64,000 nt of DNA from Paragordius varius. Lineage: Eukaryota; Animalia; Nematomorpha. Under the pieces are notes generated by a model. It was not told where the DNA came from. It did not search any database and worked only from the letters and a program-made list of their open reading frames with translations. A program made the translations under genes and the position numbers. This document shows, piece by piece, positions 51,100 to 64,000 of this stretch; the first letter of the stretch is position 1; the number at the start of each line of letters is the position of its first letter. The stretch lies in assembly GCA_964247055.1 (NCBI GenBank), contig OZ176053.1, positions 10,540,001 through 10,604,000 on the forward strand, written 5' to 3'.

Positions 51100-52000
51100 A
51101 AATTACTGTTAATTATACCTATTGGATATATTTATTTTCAAAATCATTGGATGCGGCATATTTTTGATTTCACATTGCTGTTGAACGACTTTTTATACCT
51201 GGATGGTGGTTATATTACCATGATGTTATGGGCTATAATAGGACCACTTGTATTTTACCTAATCTTCTTGTCCGATTTAATGGTTGAATTTGTCTATCTC
51301 TATTCTCTAAATTAGTTAATTTGACATGTCAATTTTCCTGGATTTTGTTGAAGTTAACTACGTTACATTCTCTACAAGCCTATCCTACACCGGGTTCTAC
51401 GATCATCTCTTTGTATACTTTGCCATGGCATAATTATAGGAACGCTTGTGGAATGTTATTTTGCAGAGCTTATGTGAGACGCCCGGATCTATTACGCCAT
51501 ACTGTAGCCCTTTTAGATTTTTAATATTTTTGATTTTTAATCTACGGCTTCTTAAATTTATTTTAATTCAATATTCTTTAAGTTTAACGTACTCTTTTAT
51601 TTAAATAGAATTTTAATTAATATTTAATTAATAAATTGAATATTTTATGTCGTGTAACAAGCCCGCTTGATAATATGTATTTCTCGTGCAAAAGAGATTC
51701 AGCGATTTTGGGCAGTTATTTTTAATAAAAGGATCGACGGCATTTATTTAAAAAGTTTTATTATATGGATCATCAATACATTTTCTGTAGAGTCTTCGTA
51801 AATAAAAAATCTTCCGAGGTTACGTATACTTAAGGCTGGTATATTTGGATCATTTTTGCATTTTCGTTCTAAAATTATGATGAAAATACCTGGCTCTGAA
51901 ATACCACTTGTATCGAGTTGCTCATTTACATATTTAAATAAATGTACACGAAGAATAATTGATTTTTAAAAAAATAATTAAATTTTAGAAGAATCCTATT
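51100..52000 (-). mobile_element. Highly decayed mariner-like relic
   Basis: Fragmentary minus-strand similarity in mariner order: IDDP, DPG, LTNLENRDRQIQP, HHGN, MPHP. Many stops. Confidence 0.4.
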
Positions 52001-52124
52001 GGCGGCCTTATTTTTTGTTTTTACCTCGACATTTGAAATAATATAACAAGATCTAATTATCAAAAAAAAATTAACAAATATCATACAAATTAACCCAAAA
52101 GTTGCAAACACTACATTAATCATT

Positions 52125-52741
52125 AGCAGGAACTCTATTGAAACAGTCAAAAGTTACACATATCTTAGGAGCATAGTGCATGATGATAATAATTGTACTC
52201 CCGAGATAAAACGAATGATAGCCATGGCCAAAACGACCGCAAATAATTTAACAAAATCTGGGCATCCCATTATGTTAGCTTAAAAAACGAAAATTCGACT
52301 TACTAATGCAATCGTTTTTCCAACTTTCCTCTACGGGGGTGAATGAAGACTTTAAAAAAATCCGACGCACGGAGAATTAACTCCTTTGAAATGTGGATGA
52401 AACTTTTAAAAATAAAATGGACGGATAAAAATATAGTACTAACACAATTTTGAATAAAATCGATCCCGAATGTCATTTCTCGGAATGTCCATCCGCACCA
52501 AACTATCCTACTTTGGCCACATTATGAGATCTAATTCACTGGAAAAGTCCTTGATGTTGAGTAAAGTTAGCGGTACACGTAAAAGGGGCCGAAGAAGGAT
52601 AAGGTGGATGGACAATATTCAACAAGAAACCCACGCATCTTGGGCTGAACTCAACACTAAAACTAAAAGCCGCAATTTATGGAGAAGTTTTATTACAGTA
52701 TTGCAAAAAGTCGACCTCTACTGTAGCAACACACACACACA
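52125..52741 (+). mobile_element. 5'-truncated RTE LINE with (CA)n tail
   Basis: YTYLRS, EIKRMIAMAK, FPTFLYGGE, KLSYFGHIMRSNSLEKSLMLSKVSGTRKRGRRRIRWMD, then ACACACACAC. Confidence 0.88.
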
Positions 52742-53593
52742 ATTTTCATATAAATAACAATAATTAGTAAAAATATTATAATATTAAATTTGCTATTAAA
52801 TTAAACTGATAAGTGGAATAGAAAAAATTTGATGAAGTGCATAGATAAATCCTTAATTTCTTAAATATATCTGCTATTCATGGAATCACAAATATAGAAT
52901 ATATCACAATTTTTTATTCGAGAATTTGATATTTTTCACAGAAGACAACTTAAATTTACCCCACTTAAATTCCTGTTGTAAACCCATATTTTAACTCCCA
53001 ATCTGGATTATATTATTAACTTTTTCAGATTTATGCATGTAGTATGATTTTAAATAAATAATAATTTAATGGACTAATGTATAGATATGAATTAAAAAAT
53101 GACTATAACCCCCGAAGATATTTAGAAAACTAAATAATTATCAAAAATTGTACCATTTGTAAATAATTTCGAATACGTTTTTATAAATCCAATAATATGA
53201 GTATTGAATTAAAAATGTAACTGTGTTTTCGGAAATATGCCTCTTACCAAAAAAAGTTTACCAGCGGCAAGTATTCTAAAGATTTTCAGATTGTAAAGGA
53301 TGTAAATGATCAAAAATGAATGTGATCAAAAGTAATAATAAATATTATGAAAATTATTTTTTCAACATTTTAAAGAGCCACAAGTGCCTTGGAACACCTG
53401 TTAAACACCCCTGTTATAGAGTCTGAAATGGGACACACCGAAACATGATCCAAATAAACAGTTGATTTTAAAATCAATATTTTTAAGTTTTTGCTGGTAA
53501 TGTAACCTGAAAGCTTACTAAAGTTAATATCTACATTTTCTAACCATACTTAAAAATTAATAGCATATGATATTGCGCGATTTAAGAATTTAA

Positions 53594-54156
53594 CACTTGG
53601 ATATAACACATTCATTTTAGTCATTCGATTCAAATTGGGGTAGTTAAATTCCCAGGCCTGTTAAAATTAAATTCTTCAAAAAATATGGAAGGAATAGAAA
53701 CCATCTCAAAATTGTTATATAACATTTTTAAACCGAAATATATAAAAAAATTTATTCAAAAATACTTGATATTACTTATTTTAAGCTAAAACCGAAAGGT
53801 AAAAATTGGTCGAGAAAACTTGTGTGCAATAGTAAAATTGAAAAATAATATAAAATAAGCCGCTTTTTCTATTTCTATCAATGATGGATGTAATTTAAAT
53901 AAAAAAATAGCTTATTTACCATTAATAAATGAAGACGATATTTTGCAAAAATTTTGTAAAATAAAAATGGCGTCGAAGTAGTTTGACATGGAGTTTTTTT
54001 TAGAACAAAGTTTTTTAGATATTTTGGCATATTTATATAATTTTTATAAGGATAGTGCATAAATTTAAATTGGGACCGTTTAATTCAGTACTATATTAAA
54101 AATTTTGACTCAAATTTAGTCTGGGGTATTTTGATACCCCAATTTTAATCGAAGTG
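53594..54156 (-). mobile_element. piggyBac-type (TTAA) MITE, reverse orientation
   Basis: TTAA|CACTTGGATATAACAC ... TTTAATCGAAGTG|TTAA. Confidence 0.88.
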
Positions 54157-54264
54157 TTAAAGAAAAAAATGGCTGAAAAGTTTGAGAACATTTACACTTT
54201 TAGAGTTTTGAAAGTTATTTTAGTTAAAATTTAATTTATCAATTATTGTTCTCATGTATTTGAT

Positions 54265-57253
54265 CAGTGGTACTCACCAAAAAAATTTGACGGGCCAAAT
54301 AAAATATATTTTTTTTCGAGGGCCATAAACCTTATAATGGCAAATATTCCATAGCATTTGACACATATGCACATATTTATACTCTAAATCAGCACAATGA
54401 ATTTTTTGCGGATCGTATGTTAATCCAACTAAAAACTCGTTTTGCACGATCTAATTAAAATTTAAATATTTTGATATAAACATTTATTTTCATATTAATT
54501 AATAATTTTTGGCAAATTTGGTTTCGCCTCACACAGGCCATTTTTAATACGTCCCATATGATCATCGGTTAAGCGATTTCTGTCTGTATTCTTGATATAC
54601 TTCATTTTTGAATATGCCGTCTCACACTTGTAAGTTGAGGGAAAAACAATTAAAATTAATTGAGCACATTTTTTATATCTTCATATTTATTTGGCACATC
54701 ATCATAAAACTCTGCATATCTTTTTTCTCCACGATTCTCCTAGAATATAGCCTCCACATTGGAATCATTTTTAAAATCTACGGATTCAATGATATGCGCC
54801 TGATCAAAACCGAGTGCTCAAATTGCATATTGATATATCCATATGCCATGGATTTTCAACGAGTTTTAAGCAATTTTTGATATTTGTTTATTCTTAAAAT
54901 CTGAATTTCATCTCATAAGATAAAAATGTTAAATGATTGTCAATTATTAACCGTGGTAAATTCCATATTTTCTTCATGAATCGTTTTAATTGATAAATAT
55001 AGTAATGTTTTATTTATAAAATCTTGGTTATATATTATTATTTTAAAAGCAAATGTTTGATTAGTAAATTGGGTTATTATTTTGCTCCCTAGAGGACTTG
55101 TATTAACAATACCAAGTTTTTAAGTAATGTCACAAAGATAGGCTAATTAAACCCACCATTCATCACTATTTTCCTCGTCAAACTTTCTGTTATCTTTTAA
55201 AAATAATATAATTTCATGTCTTAAAACAAAAAATCTGTTTAATACTTAGGCTTGGCCATCTCACAGCGGTGTACAAACAAATATCAAACTGACTGTGGAT
55301 ATCTTTTAGAAGGTTTTTGAATTTAAGGCGGTTGAATTTGCCACAGATGTGATTAGGAATATCCACAACCGTTTTAATTCCTAAATTGAATGATTCATCT
55401 TTTACACGCGAAACCAAGTTTTGCTGATGAATAAAGCAGTGAAAGGAAATATTTTAATTGTATTTGTTTTTCAAAAGAGCTTTGCTTATCTCAATCATAG
55501 ACAACCATCTAAGCAGATCGAAACCATTTTTTTCATAGATATACCATTATTATTGAAAAAAGTGCTAATTATTCGAGAATCACTTCCTTTCGTGGTATTA
55601 TTCGTTACTAAAATTTTTAAATATTCCTCGTTGATTATGTTGTTTGCAAAATCTCACGAAGAGCGCACATTAAGTTGTTGAACTAATATCAGTGCTAGAA
55701 TCAATAGCAATACACTTATATTTGCACTTTGTCACAACGAATGTTTTGTTAAAAATATATTTAGACATATGTTCAATGCGTGAAGCACATGTTGATTCAG
55801 AAAGTTAAAATTGTTTTGCCTCAGGATTTGATCTTTATTATGGAATTTATCAAATAAAAAATGCAACCAATTATTAGACATTCTTATATTAGTTGGGAAT
55901 CAGTAAACGGTTTTATATTTTTTTGTAAAATATAGCAAATTTTATAAGAAGCTAATGTTACAGCTTTTTCCTGGGAGAAAGCTATGGACATAATAGATTT
56001 TTCTTTCTGGTATAATTCCTTACTCTTTTTATATTTTTCGTTTCTTTTCTCATGATTTTCTGGTATTTTATGAAAATGATGGATTTTAAAATGTGGTTCA
56101 ATATTGTATTTTTAAAATTATGTTGTCCTTACATACGGAGGTAACAAGATTTTCAGTTAAAACGACAAAGAATTTATCTCCTAATCCTTTTTAAAAGAAC
56201 GATTTTCATCGGATAATATACTTTTTTTAGCATTACATGCCATCCTTTAAATTTATGTGTAAATATTATGTAAATTTCTTCAAAAAAATAAGAACATGTT
56301 TTGAATTATGCCATAAAAAACAGGTCGAAATTTAATGGATAAGAATGAGTTTGGATAGAAATGAAAAGAATATGTATATGCAAGTTTGGATGAAAGGTTT
56401 GCTTAACACTTCGATTCAAATTGGGGTATCTAAATACCCCAGACTTAAAAGTTTTATAAAACTACTGAAGGAAACGGTCCCAATTTAAATTTATGCTTCT
56501 ATCCTGAGAAATATAATATAAATATGCCAAAATATCTAGATAAAATTTTGTTTTGAAAAAAAAGTTCCATCTCAAACTACTTCGACGCCATTTTGATTTT
56601 ACAAAAATTTTGCACAATATCGTTTTCATTTAATTTTAAGGGTAAAACTGAAGCTAATTTTTTATATATATTACATTCAACATTGATTCAAATAGAAAAA
56701 GCGGTTTATTTTGTATTATTTTTTAATTTTACAATTTGACACATGTCACGTTGACTGAATTTTTTACCTTTCAGTTTTAGCTTAAAATAAGTAATATCAA
56801 GTATTTTTGAATAAAATTTTTTATATATTTCGGTTTATTGATGTTATATAAGTGCAAAATTTTGCCGTAGTTTCGATTGCTACCATACTTTTTAAAGTAT
56901 TTGATTTTAAACAGGCCTGGGGTATCCAACTACCCCAAATTGAATCGAAGGACTAAAATGACTGTGTTGTATCCAAGTGTTAAATACAATAGAATGCAAT
57001 AAAAATTTCAAATTGAAAAGATAATAGAATACAGAAACAACGTGTGCCAAAATTTTGAAATTATTTTAATGTAGGGAATTTTTCTAATTTTGGGTAAAAA
57101 AAAATTACAAAAATTTTATCTAAAGAAAAATTAATATAAAATAAGCGAAAATTCGTTGTTGTTTTAAAAATTTCTTTAATAAAAAAAATAAGTATCAATA
57201 TAGCCATAGGGCAATTTCGAAGCACTGTTAGGGCCGCGGTTTGAGTACCACTG
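54265..57253 (-). mobile_element. Decayed hAT (Buster/Charlie, GTF2IRD2-like) transposon
   Basis: 12-bp TIR CAGTGGTACTCA at both ends; 8-bp flanks tatttgat / tattagat. Transposase remnants KTVVDIPNHI..KFKNLL..LYTAVRWPS and FPSTYKCETAYSKMKYIKNTDRNRLTDDH. Confidence 0.88.
56407..56979 (+). mobile_element. piggyBac-type (TTAA) MITE nested in the hAT element
   Basis: TTAA at 56403-56406 and 56980-56983; CACTT..AAGTG termini. Confidence 0.9.
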
Positions 57254-57304
57254 TATTAGATAAAAAAAGTCACTTTTACAATTTTGTGACTTTCTAAATT
57301 TTAA

Positions 57305-57851
57305 CACTTCGATTAAAAATTGGGGTGTCCAAATACCCAAGGCAATATTAAATTTGATATTATTAAAAAACTACTGAAAGAAACGGTCTAAATTTAAATT
57401 TTGCTTCCATCCTCATAAAATATATATAAATAACCCGAAATATCTCAATAAGTTTAGTTTTGAAAAAAATTCTATATTACTTAGGCGCCATTTTTATTTT
57501 GCAACATTTTGCAAATATCGTATTTATTTTATTTTATAGATAAAATTAAGGCTAATTTTTCATTTAAATACAATTTACATTGGAAACACAAAAAGTGGTT
57601 TATTTTTTATTATTTAAATTTAGCTAATGCACACATTTCATGTTGACTAAATTGGGTTTCACCAACTAATATCAAGTATTTATGAATAAATTTTATTAAA
57701 ATTTCGGTTCAATAATGTTATATAAGTGCAAACTTTGGCATTATTTCAATTCCTTTCATATTTTTGGAGTATTTAGTTTTAAATAGGCCTAGAGTATCCA
57801 ACTATCCCGATTTGAATCGAAGGACTGAAATGAATGTGTTGTGTACAAGTG
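57305..57851 (+). mobile_element. piggyBac-type (TTAA) MITE
   Basis: TTAA at 57301-57304 and 57852-57855; CACTT..AAGTG termini. Confidence 0.88.
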
Positions 57852-58520
57852 TTAAAATTGGACAGCTCCAAAGCACGATAGATAATTACAGCTGATAAAT
57901 CCAAATAAACCAAGTTTTTGCTGGAAAAATATAGCATAAAAAATTTAATCATAATCTACAATTTGCCTGTTGATTAACGATTTTAAAAAATTATATAAAA
58001 TGGTGGCAGATGAGTATCTTTTTACAATTTTACTTTTTTAAAATTCTTTTAAGGCGCCTAAATAACGAAAGCACATTTTTAAGCTTAAACTTTACGATAT
58101 TTGAATATATCGCTCTTATAAGACAACCCCAAAGGTAATGGAGTGTTACAATATTTTAAATCATGCACCTACTCTAGCTTTTGCCAAAAAAAAATATTTA
58201 GCATCTGAGTAAAATACGCGATTTTTAGCAGAGCTTATTATTAAAAAAATGTTTTATATGACTAGCGAACCATAAAAGACGTAAATCCCAAATTGCATTT
58301 TTTAATATGAAGAAATCCATTTACAATTCTCCGCAGTTTTGTCCGACATTATTTGTTTGTAAATCATATTGGATAAAGGTAGATATGTTTTTTATTAGTA
58401 ATTTTTTAGAGTGTATATATATATTTACTATGTTTATGAATATAATTTATTTTCGATATACCTGGATAATGACATATGGATAAACGAAACAATTAAACAA
58501 CCCCTACGCCGAGGTTGATT

Positions 58521-63011
<4,491 letters not shown>

Positions 63012-64000
63012 GAAAAATTGTTTTTATATACTCAACTTTTTTTATCCTAAGAAAATTTAGAATTTTGTTATTTTTCTAGTTTAATACCGAAATTTGAAAA
63101 TTGGCATAAATGATAGCATTTGATGTATGACAGAATTAAAAGATATAAATTTTGCTATTAAAAATAATATCAGTCGGGGTTTGTATTTAGGGTCCCTATA
63201 AAAATTGCAACTAGATTGAGTAAAAAAAATAAATTTAAATTCGTACATTGCTTATTTTTTCAGTTTTATTTATTTGGTCTGTTAAAAGGCTTTTTGTTTA
63301 GCTTTTTTTTCTGTTATTTAACACATTGTGTTCCAAGTTAGTTACATAGAGGCAAAGATAAACTTTTAAAGTCCAAAAAAATAAATTTTTTAGAACCTAT
63401 AACCTAAATTTGATTAGCTATAAACTATTTCGTATCGTTTAAAAATAAAGCTGATTCCAACCAAACTCCAAGTATAAGCAATGGCCCACCTACAGAGTCT
63501 AGCGCCAGGAAACCGGGAGGTATTTACTTTATTTTATACCATCACGGTCAAAAAGATATTTTAAAATAGTTATACACCGTATATTTTTGTTGGTTTTGTA
63601 AATCTCTAGTTTAATAAAATTATATTCAGGTAACGCACCCGCCAACATGCCAATGAAATCCAAGATCTAAAAGGAAAAAATTGTGGCAGGAAATTGTCTA
63701 AGAAATATTTTTTGGACCATACAATCTCAAATTATTAATCATAATATAATTTAAATATATAGTTATTTAATATCTTTTTTCCATATATATTATTAATATG
63801 TTGGTGCATTACATATAGATAATACATTTCCATGCTTAATTGATATTTTAAGCTCACACCCATCAAAGGACCATAAAAGAGGTAACCTCATAATATAAAA
63901 GGGAGCTTGATTACTCTATCTTCCAGTAAATTTTATAAATTTGATAATATAAAACATTCCTTTGCATACTTAATGTAATCTTATTATTATTATAAATACC

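Overview
Very AT-rich eukaryotic DNA, almost certainly from an invertebrate animal, read in the standard genetic code. Eight spliced host genes can be rebuilt by hand with consistent GT-AG phases: GOT1/GOLT1 (-), a CaV beta subunit with a very long C-terminal tail (+), TFIIF-alpha/RAP74 (-), a Myb/SANT-like gene nested antisense in RAP74 intron 5 (+), a STARD4/5/6-like START protein (+), TMX2 (-), PTRHD1 (-) and V-ATPase subunit B (+). Many introns are only 22-28 nt. Gene packing is locally extreme: 10 nt from the PTRHD1 stop to the TMX2 ATG, and 35 nt between the divergent ATGs of RAP74 and STARD. The rest is transposon-rich: one full-length intact RTE-clade LINE with a 13-bp TSD, an internal PHD finger and an HDV-like self-cleaving ribozyme fold starting exactly at its 5' end; several RTE fragments; a six-copy TTAA/piggyBac-type MITE family; non-autonomous Helitrons, one abutting a ~315-bp tandem array; a decayed hAT with TIRs and TSD; hAT MITEs; two decayed mariners; and a foldback element with 21-bp tandem-repeat arms. 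All assignments come from manual reading and remembered family motifs; no database search was run. The organism is not identified.
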